This document shows, in pieces, positions 36,405-46,635 of a stretch of DNA of 53,702 nt. The stretch spans positions 1-53,702 of the IMG/VR virus record IMGVR_UViG_3300021375_002114. One strand, written 5' to 3'. This stretch comes from a virus (lineage: Duplodnaviria; Caudoviricetes). The notes below the pieces were generated by a model. That model worked only from the letters and a program-made list of their open reading frames with translations. It made no database searches and had not been told where the DNA came from. Position numbers and translations under genes: made by a program. How positions within the stretch are numbered: position 1 is the stretch's first letter; the number at the start of each line of letters is the position of its first letter.

Positions 36405-39065
36405 GTGAGTTACGTTGATGCACTATTTGACAGAGAGAAAGATAGAATACACGTTGTAGAACGTGTAGATGGCAGGAGAGAGTATCGAGAGTTTCCTGCC
36501 TCATATTGTTTTTACTATGCTGACCCAAGAGGCAAGCATAAAAGTATCTATGGTAGACCTGTCAGTAGATTTTCTACACGTAACAACAAGGAGTTTCGCA
36601 AGGAACTGCGTATGCAATCAGGCAAAGATATCTTTGAATCAGATATTAATCCTGTGTTTAGATGCTTTGAAGAAAACTATAAAGGCATTGATGCACCTAA
36701 GTTACAAACTGCGTTTTTCGATATTGAAGTTGACTTTGATCCTGTAAGAGGATATAGTTCTCCAGCAGATCCTTTCAATCCAGTTACTGCTATCAGTATA
36801 TACTTGCAGTGGATGGAGCAGTTGGTAACACTGGTTATACCGCCAAAGTCGATGAGCTGGGAAACTGCACAAGAAATATGCAACGAGTTTCCTAACACAA
36901 TGCTATATGAACGTGAAGAGGATCTTATCAGCACGTTCTTAGACTTGATTGAAGATGCAGACATTATAAGCGGTTGGAACAGTGAGGGATATGATATACC
37001 CTATCTTGTTAACAGAGCTACACGTATACTAAGCAAGGATGATACTAGACGTTTTTGCTTGTGGAATCAACTGCCAAAGAAACGTACATTTGAACGTTTT
37101 GGATCAGAGAACATAACCTTTGATACCATCGGCAGAGTGCATATGGATTACATGCAACTGTATAGAAAGTACACATATGAAGAGAGACACAGTTATAGTT
37201 TAGACGCTATTGGCGAATATGAACTTGACGAGAAGAAAACTGCATATGAAGGAACACTAGATCAACTGTACAATCAAAACTTTAAAACTTTTATTGAGTA
37301 TTCGAGACAGGATACTGCACTGCTTGATAAGATGGATAAGAAACTGCGTTTCATTGCACTGGCAAGTGAACTAGCACATGCTAATACTGTGTTATTACAA
37401 ACAACAATGGGTGCAGTTGCAGTTATAGAACAAGCAATTATAAACGAAGCACACGAACAAGGCATGGTTGTTCCTAACAGACAACAACGTCTTACAGATG
37501 ATGATACTGCGGCAGCTGGTGCATATGTTGCATATCCTAAAAAAGGAATACATGAATATGTTGGTGCTATTGACATCAACAGTTTGTATCCAAGTGCGAT
37601 TAGAGCATTGAATATGGCACAGGAGACTATTGTAGGACAACTGCGTCCTATCATGACTGAGCAGTATATCAAAAACAAGATCAACAACAAAGCAAGTTTT
37701 GCTATGGCTTGGGAAGGCTTGTTTGGCACATTAGAATACACTGCCGTAATGGAACAACAACGTGGAACAGAGATAACCATTGACTGGGAGAACGGTGAGG
37801 AAAGTGTACACAGTGCCGCAGAGATATGGAAGATCATATTTGATAGCAATCAGCCTTGGATACTTAGTGCTAATGGTACTATATTTACATATGAAAAAGA
37901 AGGCGTTGTGCCTGGCTTGTTAGCACGTTGGTACAGAGAACGTCAAGAGATACAAAAGAAACTGAGAGCCGCAACTGATACTGATGAACGTGAGTTTTTA
38001 GACAAGCGACAGTTGGTTAAGAAGATTAACTTGAACAGTTTGTATGGTGCTATTTTAAATCCAGGTTGTAGATTCTTTGACAAACGTATTGGACAATCAA
38101 CTACACTAACAGGCAGAAGTATTGCATACCATATGGATGCATTTGTAAATGAAACAATCACAGGCAAGTATGACCATGTTGGAGATGCAGTGATTTATGG
38201 TGATACAGATTCAGTATACTTTAGTGCATATCCAATACTGAAGAAAGATATAGATGCTGGTACTATGGAATGGAACAAAGAAACTTGCATACAACTTTAT
38301 GATGCTATCAGTGATCAACTTAACGATAGCTGGCCACGTTTTATGGAACAAGCATTCCATGTACCAAGAGACAACGGACTTATTATTAAAGGCGGTAGAG
38401 AACTTATTGCAGATAGAGGATTGTTTATAACAAAGAAACGTTATGCAGTAAACATATTTGACTTGGAAGGCAAGCGACTAGACATAGAAGGCAAGCAAGG
38501 CAAGATCAAAGCAATGGGCTTGGACTTGAAACGTAGTGATACGCCAAAGGTTATACAAGACTTTCTAATGACCTTACTAGTAGAAGTACTTGCTGGTGCT
38601 GGTAGAGACAAGATAATCGAAATGATCAAAGCATTTAAATTTGATTTCAAAGAACGTCCTGCTTGGGAAAAAGGTTCACCCAAACGTGTTAACAACCTAA
38701 CTATGTATAGCAAGAAGGAAGAACGTGAAGGTCGTGCAAACATGCCTGGACATGTACGTGCTGGTATGAATTGGAATACTATGAAGAAGATGAATTCAGA
38801 CAACTACAGTCAACAGATTATTGATGGTATGAAAACTATTGTTTGCAAACTAAAGCCCAATCCGCTAAACTGGACCAGCATTGGCTATCCTACAGATGAG
38901 ATGCATTTGCCACAGTGGTTCAAAGAACTGCCGTTTGATGATGCACTTATGGAAGCAACTGTGGTTGATCAAAAGATTGACAACTTGCTACACGTTCTTG
39001 AGTGGGATCTTGCCAGCGAAACAAACACAACAAATACATTTAATACACTATTTGAGTTTGACTGA
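36405..39065 (+). CDS. gp43: Family B DNA polymerase (T4 gp43-like)
   Basis: Exo DIE and WNSEGYD; pol DINSLYPS, KINLNSLYG, YGDTDS, KKRY; C-terminal TLFEF clamp-binding-like motif. Confidence 0.97.
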   Translation: MSYVDALFDREKDRIHVVERVDGRREYREFPASYCFYYADPRGKHKSIYGRPVSRFSTRNNKEFRKELRMQSGKDIFESDINPVFRCFEENYKGIDAPKLQTAFFDIEVDFDPVRGYSSPADPFNPVTAISIYLQWMEQLVTLVIPPKSMSWETAQEICNEFPNTMLYEREEDLISTFLDLIEDADIISGWNSEGYDIPYLVNRATRILSKDDTRRFCLWNQLPKKRTFERFGSENITFDTIGRVHMDYMQLYRKYTYEERHSYSLDAIGEYELDEKKTAYEGTLDQLYNQNFKTFIEYSRQDTALLDKMDKKLRFIALASELAHANTVLLQTTMGAVAVIEQAIINEAHEQGMVVPNRQQRLTDDDTAAAGAYVAYPKKGIHEYVGAIDINSLYPSAIRALNMAQETIVGQLRPIMTEQYIKNKINNKASFAMAWEGLFGTLEYTAVMEQQRGTEITIDWENGEESVHSAAEIWKIIFDSNQPWILSANGTIFTYEKEGVVPGLLARWYRERQEIQKKLRAATDTDEREFLDKRQLVKKINLNSLYGAILNPGCRFFDKRIGQSTTLTGRSIAYHMDAFVNETITGKYDHVGDAVIYGDTDSVYFSAYPILKKDIDAGTMEWNKETCIQLYDAISDQLNDSWPRFMEQAFHVPRDNGLIIKGGRELIADRGLFITKKRYAVNIFDLEGKRLDIEGKQGKIKAMGLDLKRSDTPKVIQDFLMTLLVEVLAGAGRDKIIEMIKAFKFDFKERPAWEKGSPKRVNNLTMYSKKEEREGRANMPGHVRAGMNWNTMKKMNSDNYSQQIIDGMKTIVCKLKPNPLNWTSIGYPTDEMHLPQWFKELPFDDALMEATVVDQKIDNLLHVLEWDLASETNTTNTFNTLFEFD

Positions 39066-40030
39066 TGACTGAAAAATTACGAGATATAGTTAGATATAGA
39101 GCTATGGTTGATAGTATAGATATGGAAACCATTCGCAGAGATATCAATACACAACTTAGCAAGGTTTGCAACGATCTTGCAATTAACAACTTTGATGCTG
39201 AAAACCTTAAAGATTGTATAATGCATAGTCATCTAAAGGTGCTGAATAATTTAGAGGACATGGCACTTGATCTAAATACATTTAAGGATGAGATCAATAA
39301 AGAGGTGAAACAGCTCGAAGCACCATACTATGAGAAAAGCAAAGAAATTTATAAAAATCATAAGCAAATGTCGCCATTGGATAAACTTAGTCAACTCAAG
39401 AACAAAGATTTGTTATTCCATGAAGATACAACTAAAACATTGATAAACGCAATAACCATTAAAATAAGCAATGAATATGCGTGTTGTCAACTTGCACCCG
39501 GATATGGCGATATTACAAAGCATCTAGTACACGGTACACCTTTGTACATTGTAGAGGAAGACAGAGAAGGATCAGTGGTTAATACAGATTTTTTCAATCA
39601 AATAATGACAAACCGTATTGCTTGGTATACAATGGATGATAACGACGAAGAAATATTATCAGCACTTCCGCAAAATCAAATTGCATGCTTTGTTGTAATT
39701 GACTATTTTAATTTTAAGTCTGAGGATATTATTGCAAAATATTTACAATCAATATACAAGTGTTTACGTCCAGGCGGCACAGTAATTTTTACCTTTAATA
39801 ACTGTGATTATCCAAATGCTATTGACAAAGTTGATGAAATGTACTATTGTTATACAACAGGAACGAAAATAAAAAAAATATGTTCTTCTATTGGGTTTGA
39901 AATACAAAGACTTACTGCAATGGGTTATGATCAGCTAGACAATGGTATTAGTTGGTTAGAAATTAAAAAGCCAGGAGAGCTTAATACAATACGATCGGCA
40001 CAAGGACTTGCCAGCATAGAAAAATTATAA
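39065..40030 (+). CDS. Class I SAM-dependent methyltransferase-like protein
   Basis: Coiled-coil N-terminus; degenerate APGYG; LRPGGTVIFTFN. Confidence 0.6.
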   Translation: MTEKLRDIVRYRAMVDSIDMETIRRDINTQLSKVCNDLAINNFDAENLKDCIMHSHLKVLNNLEDMALDLNTFKDEINKEVKQLEAPYYEKSKEIYKNHKQMSPLDKLSQLKNKDLLFHEDTTKTLINAITIKISNEYACCQLAPGYGDITKHLVHGTPLYIVEEDREGSVVNTDFFNQIMTNRIAWYTMDDNDEEILSALPQNQIACFVVIDYFNFKSEDIIAKYLQSIYKCLRPGGTVIFTFNNCDYPNAIDKVDEMYYCYTTGTKIKKICSSIGFEIQRLTAMGYDQLDNGISWLEIKKPGELNTIRSAQGLASIEKL

Positions 40031-40045
40031 ACTGGAGAAGAAAAC

Positions 40046-40777
40046 ATGAGAGACTACTTACTAGATTTAGTTGAACACAGCTATGACTTAGGTTGTATTG
40101 ACCTAATTAAAGTTACAGGAACAGATACTGTTACATCAGTAGATGGACTTGCAGAAGACAAGAGTGTTGTGTTACAAGCAAAGTTTGCCGCACCTGTTGC
40201 AGACTATATTGGTACATTTGGTATGCCCAACTTAGCAAAACTAAAGATCTTGCTTAACATTGGCGAGTACAAAGAAAACGCAGACATCAGTGTTAAGAGA
40301 CAAGACCGCAATGGTGAACAAGCACCAGTAGGCTTACATTTTAAAAACGCCGCTGGTGACTTTAAGAATGACTATAGGTTTATGGTTAGCGAAATTGTTA
40401 ACGAAAAACTAAAAGGCGTAAAGATGAAAGATGTGCCTTGGGATATTGAATTTGAGCCAACCACTGCAAGCATTATGAGATTGAAAATGCAAGCACAGGC
40501 AAATGCTGAAGAAACAACATTTCAAACCAAAACAGAAGATGGACATTTAAAGTTCTTGTTTGGTGATCATAGTACACACGCAGGCGACTTTGTGTTCCAA
40601 CATGATGTAGGTGGTAAACTTACTAAAGCATGGAGTTGGCCGGTGCAACAGTTCATAGCAATTATGAATCTAACTGGCGATAAAACTGTGAGAATAAGTG
40701 ACAGTGGTGCAACTAAGATTACTGTTGATTCAGGTATTGCAGTTTACAATTACATTCTTCCAGCACAGAGCAAGTAA
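40046..40777 (+). CDS. gp45: Sliding clamp (T4 gp45-like)
   Basis: 243 aa, downstream of the polymerase, C-terminal YNYILPA, clamp loader in the same window. Confidence 0.65.
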   Translation: MRDYLLDLVEHSYDLGCIDLIKVTGTDTVTSVDGLAEDKSVVLQAKFAAPVADYIGTFGMPNLAKLKILLNIGEYKENADISVKRQDRNGEQAPVGLHFKNAAGDFKNDYRFMVSEIVNEKLKGVKMKDVPWDIEFEPTTASIMRLKMQAQANAEETTFQTKTEDGHLKFLFGDHSTHAGDFVFQHDVGGKLTKAWSWPVQQFIAIMNLTGDKTVRISDSGATKITVDSGIAVYNYILPAQSK

Positions 40778-42324
40778 TGCTAGTACAAGACAACCTAACT
40801 GATAAGCAAAGCGATTATGCAATATTTTTGCCAGCGATAAGCAGTTTCTATGCAACCTATATTGGTGCAGAACGTTATCCAGACAAGGTCAAAAGCATAA
40901 TTGGTGATAGGTTGCCTAAAGGTATTCCTAATATGGAAGCAATGAATTGGCTTAATAAACAAGAAGCATTGTTTCCTTACAAGTGGAGCCTATACAGTGC
41001 TGGACATGCTAACATGGATTTGACTGTGCATGTACCTAAAGAAGATATGGTACGTGGTAGAAGTGCTGATACTATTATGGTTGCTGACTCAGGTGGATTC
41101 CAGATTGCAAAAGGTGTATGGCCGGGTGCGTGGGCCGATACAAAAGACAAAGCCGCACAAAAGAAACGTGAAGCAGTTATCAAATGGCAAAGTGGTATTG
41201 CAAACTATGGTATGACATTGGATATCCCAACATGGACGTACTTGGATCCAAAAGCAAGTGAAGCATGTGGTATTAAAAGTTATCAAGACGCAGTTGATGC
41301 AACACTGTTTAATAACGAATTCTTTATGGAAGCCAGAGGCAAAGATCTAAAAATACTAAACGTGCTACAAGGTTCAAATCACACAGAAGCTGACCAATGG
41401 TACAACACTATGAAGAAGTTCTGTTCAGACAAGTATGACAAGCCATTTGATGGTTGGGGTATGGGTGGACAAAATATGTGTGATCTACATCTTATACTTC
41501 GACGTTTGGTTACAATTATACATGAAGGCTTGTTAGAAAAAGGCCAACATGATTGGATGCACTTTTTAGGCACAAGCAAACTAGAATGGGCATTGCTACT
41601 TACAGATATACAACGCAGTGTTAGACGTCACCATAATTCAAACTTTACAGTAAGTTTTGACTGTGCATCGCCTTTCTTAGCAACTGCTAACGGACAGGTA
41701 TACACAAGACTACGTGCAGATGATAGAGGTAAAAAGTGGAGTTACTTGATGGAAGCCACTGCTGATAATTTAAAATATGCATATGGTACAGACAAGTTTA
41801 GTGATGTGGTAGTACGTGATGGTATACATGAACGTTTTGATGATAGTCCAATCAGTGCTGGTTGTACCATAGGAGATATTTGTAAGTATGGAGTAGGTGA
41901 CAAAAATAAAATTGGTACGCCTAAGATACTAGCAGGAGATATCGACAGAGATAAAAACGGTAACCCAATACTAGATAGCAACGGCAATCAAATCGTTCGT
42001 GGTCGTGATTCAACTAGTTGGGATAGTTTTAGTTATGCACTGCTCATGGGTCATAATGTATGGCAACATATATATGCAGTACAAGAATCAAACAGATTAT
42101 ACGATCAAGGTATAATGCCTGCGATGCTAGTTAATGAAACATTTACAAAAGTTACTGTGCGTGATGTTATTGACGAAGTGTTTGCACAAAAAGACTTTGA
42201 TAAAAGTATGCTTTTACTAGAAAAGCATAGCAAGTTACTAGACAGTGTAATCGGTGGATCAAGAGGCACAACTGGTAAGAAAATTGTTAATAGTAAAACA
42301 CAATTTAATGCATTATTTGATTGA
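40777..42324 (+). CDS. Guanine transglycosylase-fold protein (TGT/DpdA-like)
   Basis: ADSGGFQ, LDIP, VLQG, HFLG, SFDCAS motifs in TGT order. Confidence 0.75.
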   Translation: MLVQDNLTDKQSDYAIFLPAISSFYATYIGAERYPDKVKSIIGDRLPKGIPNMEAMNWLNKQEALFPYKWSLYSAGHANMDLTVHVPKEDMVRGRSADTIMVADSGGFQIAKGVWPGAWADTKDKAAQKKREAVIKWQSGIANYGMTLDIPTWTYLDPKASEACGIKSYQDAVDATLFNNEFFMEARGKDLKILNVLQGSNHTEADQWYNTMKKFCSDKYDKPFDGWGMGGQNMCDLHLILRRLVTIIHEGLLEKGQHDWMHFLGTSKLEWALLLTDIQRSVRRHHNSNFTVSFDCASPFLATANGQVYTRLRADDRGKKWSYLMEATADNLKYAYGTDKFSDVVVRDGIHERFDDSPISAGCTIGDICKYGVGDKNKIGTPKILAGDIDRDKNGNPILDSNGNQIVRGRDSTSWDSFSYALLMGHNVWQHIYAVQESNRLYDQGIMPAMLVNETFTKVTVRDVIDEVFAQKDFDKSMLLLEKHSKLLDSVIGGSRGTTGKKIVNSKTQFNALFD

Positions 42325-42349
42325 CATAAGCACAATAGTGTTGTATAAT
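42321..42349 (+). promoter_or_regulatory. Sigma70-type promoter
   Basis: TTGACA-N17-TATAAT. Confidence 0.78.
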
Positions 42350-42374
42350 ATTAACTTAACAATGAGGAATAGGT

Positions 42375-43103
42375 ATGAATATCGACGAACCACAACAGTC
42401 TGACAAGGATATGAAAGAAGCAAAAATACATGCTGAAACACAAGAACGTCTATTGCCCGGCATGCAATACGGAGCATGGTTACAATGGTTTCATCGTAAC
42501 TGCAATCCACGCAACTACTTAGAAATTGGTGTAAACACAGGTAGAAGTTTGCAGTATGCATTGTCGCACACTCCATGTATTGGCATTGATCCAAATCCTG
42601 TGCTTGAATACAATTTGTCTGATAAACAAAAAGTTTATAAAATGGATAGTGATAGTTTCTTTGCACAAGAAAATGTTGAACAATTGCTTGGTGATAAAAT
42701 TGAACTAGCATTTATTGACGGATTACATCATTATGATCAAGTACTAAAGGACTTTATTAATGTTGAAAAACATTCAGACGAAGATACTATAGTACTGCTA
42801 CATGATATCTACCCTGTTGTTCCTGAAACTGCAACTCGTGAATGGAATACGTTTTATTGGGCAGGTGATACGTGGAAATTTATGCATATTATTGACAAAT
42901 ACAGACCAGATCTCAATATAATAACTATTCCAACATTTCCGACTGGTTTAGGATTTGTAAACAACTTAGATGCAACCAATACTATACTAGAAGACAACTT
43001 TGACACCATACTTGCAGAGTTTGATGAACTAGAGTATGATTTAAAAAATCCTGTAAATTTAATTGAAAACAATCCTGAGGAAATTATTACGTGCCTAAGT
43101 TAG
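42375..43103 (+). CDS. Class I SAM-dependent methyltransferase (Methyltransf_24-like)
   Basis: YLEIGVNTG, AFIDGLH, LLHD, WAGDTWK. Confidence 0.82.
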   Translation: MNIDEPQQSDKDMKEAKIHAETQERLLPGMQYGAWLQWFHRNCNPRNYLEIGVNTGRSLQYALSHTPCIGIDPNPVLEYNLSDKQKVYKMDSDSFFAQENVEQLLGDKIELAFIDGLHHYDQVLKDFINVEKHSDEDTIVLLHDIYPVVPETATREWNTFYWAGDTWKFMHIIDKYRPDLNIITIPTFPTGLGFVNNLDATNTILEDNFDTILAEFDELEYDLKNPVNLIENNPEEIITCLS

Positions 43104-43606
43104 ATTATGACAACATTGAATTGTTTACTGGTAAAGAAGTAGAGCATACTCCAGCATATGGTATGCAGACACTGTTTGTAAATGGCAAACCTAGTGTTGA
43201 TAAAATACTAGAACATTCAGTTGAGCATGTGTATATGGGTGCCAATCATTTGGACATTGATTACAAAAATGCAGAAGAACTATCATACTTCAATAGTACT
43301 ATCAGTAGTTTACTTGCAAAAGGATTTTATGTAACACTTGACTATGATGCACATCAACACAATGTGATGTTGCATGCACTAGATAAAATTATTTGGCGTA
43401 GCAAAAGGTTTATTCCAATGCTTAGTGTACATATTCCTAAAGTAGAGGATCATAGTAATTTGACTATAAAGATTGCTGATCAGAACTTTAAAGGCAGTAA
43501 CGGTGGTGTATGGTGCATGAACATGAACGATGTGCCGCCACTAAAGTTTACGCCATGGAGTGCATATGAAGATGATGAAGCCGTAGAATACAAGGAGCCA
43601 TTCTAA
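43091..43606 (+). CDS. Hypothetical phage protein
   Basis: 171-aa ORF, GTG start, coupled to the QueD-like gene. Confidence 0.75.
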   Translation: MPKLDYDNIELFTGKEVEHTPAYGMQTLFVNGKPSVDKILEHSVEHVYMGANHLDIDYKNAEELSYFNSTISSLLAKGFYVTLDYDAHQHNVMLHALDKIIWRSKRFIPMLSVHIPKVEDHSNLTIKIADQNFKGSNGGVWCMNMNDVPPLKFTPWSAYEDDEAVEYKEPF

Positions 43607-44016
43607 TGATACAAGAAGAACGTGAAGCAATCGAAAGTGCAAAAGACAAAGCAACTAGACAGATATGGGTTACATTTAAAAAGGAAGGTATACACAAGTA
43701 TCCAGCCGCACTAGATGATCCTAAACTAGCAACTGGTGATGAGTATGATGTAAGTTTTTTAGGCTATCCGCATAGACACATATTTCACTTTCGTGTAGCA
43801 ATAGCAGTATTCCACAATGACAGAGACATTGAGTTTATACAGTTCAAACGTTGGTTAGAAAACTTGTACAAGGAAGATATACTTAACTTGGATTATAAAA
43901 GTTGTGAAATGATAGCGGATGATATCTACACCGAAGTGGCCGCTAAATACCCAGGGAGAGCAGTAACAATCGAAGTCAGTGAAGATGGAGAAAATGGTTG
44001 TTGCATAAGTTATTAG
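43606..44016 (+). CDS. QueD-like / 6-pyruvoyltetrahydropterin synthase T-fold protein
   Basis: GIH, HRHIFH, SCEMIA, EVSEDGENG; lies in a cluster with folE and a TGT-like gene. Confidence 0.7.
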   Translation: MIQEEREAIESAKDKATRQIWVTFKKEGIHKYPAALDDPKLATGDEYDVSFLGYPHRHIFHFRVAIAVFHNDRDIEFIQFKRWLENLYKEDILNLDYKSCEMIADDIYTEVAAKYPGRAVTIEVSEDGENGCCISY

Positions 44017-44017
44017 T

Positions 44018-45067
44018 ATGAAAATTGAAATTACTGCAAATAAACCTTTAGGAAAATATTATCTTAAAAATTTAAAAGATCAAGTAATACAGTTTACAAA
44101 TCATGAATCATTTGATATTCCAACTGGTTGGTATAACTTTATCTTAGAATACACTGGAGAACATATAGACCTTACGGACATAAAAGTAAATGGAGAAACA
44201 CTTCGACAATATTTTTACACAGGTTTTTTTACAGAGTCTAGCACAGGTAAACGATTTCAACCTGCAAATGCAGTATGGACAGAAGGTTATTACAGTATAT
44301 GGTTGCATACAGAATTTGGATTTCTAGAAACTTTTATGCAACAGAATATTAGAAACGGAGATTTTGGATTAGACAAATTTCCTCTTTATCTACATACAGT
44401 GGATAAACCTATTGATATCGATACAAATTGGCCAGAACGAATAAAAAGTTATTACAGAGCTGGACACGGCCCAGGATGGTGGAGAAAAGGAACATTGGCA
44501 GAACCTTATGATATAGTTGCACCAGAAAAAATATCAAACATTGACAGACAAAAAATTATACACGATATAGAATTAGATTGTAAATTAGTAATTGAAAAAG
44601 ACATATCACAGTTTGGAAAACAAGATGGTAAAACACGTATATTACATCGTAAGGTTATGACTGAACATGCCCATTTGCCATTTACAGAACTTGATCAAAT
44701 TGAAAATAAAGAACTTAGAAAATTGTGCGAACAGATTGGTTTCACACGTATGTTGGATATAAACTTACAAACATTGCCCGCAGGTGGAAGTTTTAAGCCA
44801 CACATTGATGATGCATATATTCAAGATCCATATGGCATAAAAGAAGCAATGTATTATACTAAAGGTCCAGTAATTTTTTTACTTAACTTGCAAGAACAAG
44901 AAGCAGAAGAAAACAAATATAAGTTAGGACCAGCAGGACTTGTCCCTATAAATGATGGAGTATTTTTTAATCAACAATATTTCTCACACTGTTCAATTAA
45001 CAACAGCAATTATGATCGACCTATGTTAATATTACAAGGTGATAGAAATATACATTACGACTACTAG
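44018..45067 (+). CDS. Hypothetical protein with C-terminal 2OG-Fe(II)/cupin-like domain
   Basis: LPAGGSFKPHID...FSHCSIN..R. Confidence 0.6.
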   Translation: MKIEITANKPLGKYYLKNLKDQVIQFTNHESFDIPTGWYNFILEYTGEHIDLTDIKVNGETLRQYFYTGFFTESSTGKRFQPANAVWTEGYYSIWLHTEFGFLETFMQQNIRNGDFGLDKFPLYLHTVDKPIDIDTNWPERIKSYYRAGHGPGWWRKGTLAEPYDIVAPEKISNIDRQKIIHDIELDCKLVIEKDISQFGKQDGKTRILHRKVMTEHAHLPFTELDQIENKELRKLCEQIGFTRMLDINLQTLPAGGSFKPHIDDAYIQDPYGIKEAMYYTKGPVIFLLNLQEQEAEENKYKLGPAGLVPINDGVFFNQQYFSHCSINNSNYDRPMLILQGDRNIHYDY

Positions 45068-45343
45068 ATGGAGACATTTGTATTATGCTTGGTAATCTTA
45101 TTAGTCATTGTGGCGGCCATGAGTATAGGCCTCCTAAGAGGCCGACGTGTAAGCGGCAGTTGCGGTGGTGTGTCAGGAGAGTGCTCTGTATGTGGCAAAG
45201 ACAGTGCAGACGACCAACTAAAACAAATGAAGAAGGATCCTAACAAAAGGATCAACAGTGATAATATGACAGACGTTCAGAAAATGGACGCAGGCTTTAC
45301 TCACGGCACCTATAACATAAACGGAAGAGATGTGGACTTTTAA
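45068..45343 (+). CDS. nqrM: NqrM-like Na+-NQR maturation protein
   Basis: N-terminal TM ending AMSIG, then SGSCGG..CSVC. Confidence 0.7.
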   Translation: METFVLCLVILLVIVAAMSIGLLRGRRVSGSCGGVSGECSVCGKDSADDQLKQMKKDPNKRINSDNMTDVQKMDAGFTHGTYNINGRDVDF

Positions 45344-46381
45344 ATGCGAATCGAACAAGATATAAAATTAGATTACAAAGACGTATTGTTTAAACCAAAA
45401 CGCAGTACACTTGAAAGTCGTCGAGAAGTACGTTTAGAAAGAACTTTCAACTTTCATAACAGTGGACAACAGTGGGTTGGTGTACCCATTATGGCCAGCA
45501 ACATGGATGGAGTTGGCACTTTCTCAATGGCTAAAGTTCTACAAGAACACAAGATGCTAACAGTAATACGTAAACATTACACACTTGAAGATTGGCAACG
45601 TGCCAAAGGCGTAAAAATGCAATACGTAAGTGTTTGCACAGGTACTGCGGCTATTTGGAATGATGATGCAGTTGATTACCAAACAATGAAAGCAGTGTTG
45701 GCAATGTATCCAGACATTCCGTTCATAACAGTTGACGTTGCTAATGCATATCATGAAAACTTTGGACACTTTATTGCAAGATTACGAGATGAATATCCTG
45801 ATAAAACAATCATTGCTGGCAATGTTATTACAGGTGAAATGACTGAAGAACTTATCATACGTGGTGCTGATATTATAAAATGTGGTATTGGCCCTGGATC
45901 AGTATGCACAACAAGATTGATGACAGGCGTTGGTGTCCCACAACTATCAGGTATTATTGAGTGTGCTGATGCCGCTAACGGTATTGGTGGACACATTGTT
46001 GCGGACGGAGGTTGTGTATATCCAGGTGATGTTGCAAAAGCATTTGGTGCCGGAGCACACATGGTTATGTTAGGTGGAATGTTAGCAGGCACAGATGAAT
46101 CAGAAGGCAAAGTAGTAGATGGAAAAATACAGTTTTATGGTATGAGTTCAGACACTGCAATGGAAAAGCATGGCAATAGAAAAGATGGCTATAGAGGTGC
46201 AGAAGGCAAGGTAGTTGAACTGCCCTACAAAGGCGCAGTTGAAAACACTGTTACTGAAATACTAGGCGGTGTGCGTAGTGCATGCACATACATTGGCGCC
46301 AAACGCATTAAAGATATGCCAAAGTGTACAACGTTTGTTCGATGTTTACAAAATGTTAATGATGTGTTTGGAAGACAATGA
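45344..46381 (+). CDS. guaC: GMP reductase
   Basis: [49 protein letters not shown]. Confidence 0.95.
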   Translation: MRIEQDIKLDYKDVLFKPKRSTLESRREVRLERTFNFHNSGQQWVGVPIMASNMDGVGTFSMAKVLQEHKMLTVIRKHYTLEDWQRAKGVKMQYVSVCTGTAAIWNDDAVDYQTMKAVLAMYPDIPFITVDVANAYHENFGHFIARLRDEYPDKTIIAGNVITGEMTEELIIRGADIIKCGIGPGSVCTTRLMTGVGVPQLSGIIECADAANGIGGHIVADGGCVYPGDVAKAFGAGAHMVMLGGMLAGTDESEGKVVDGKIQFYGMSSDTAMEKHGNRKDGYRGAEGKVVELPYKGAVENTVTEILGGVRSACTYIGAKRIKDMPKCTTFVRCLQNVNDVFGRQ

Positions 46382-46578
46382 AAGTAGATCCAAGATCAAT
46401 ACATGTAGATCAACGTAAACAAGATACAAGGCGAGATGCTTGGGATCGTGACTATATGGGCGACCATTATGTAAAGCCTCAACCGCATACTGATAAACGT
46501 ATGGAAAATGCAAAACCAGTTTTTGTATTTGCTTTTTTCTATGTAATGATATTAATCATGATCAGTTCGGCAACCTAA
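46378..46578 (+). CDS. Small hypothetical membrane protein
   Basis: 66 aa with C-terminal hydrophobic segment. Confidence 0.65.
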   Translation: MKVDPRSIHVDQRKQDTRRDAWDRDYMGDHYVKPQPHTDKRMENAKPVFVFAFFYVMILIMISSAT

Positions 46579-46611
46579 ATACTTGACATATTCATATATT
46601 TGTAATACAAT
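46576..46611 (+). promoter_or_regulatory. Adjacent late (TAAATA) and sigma70-type promoters
   Basis: TAAATA 46576-46581; TTGACA-N17-TACAAT 46583-46611. Confidence 0.7.
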
Positions 46612-46635
46612 AAAGCATATTTTGAAGGAGTAAAC

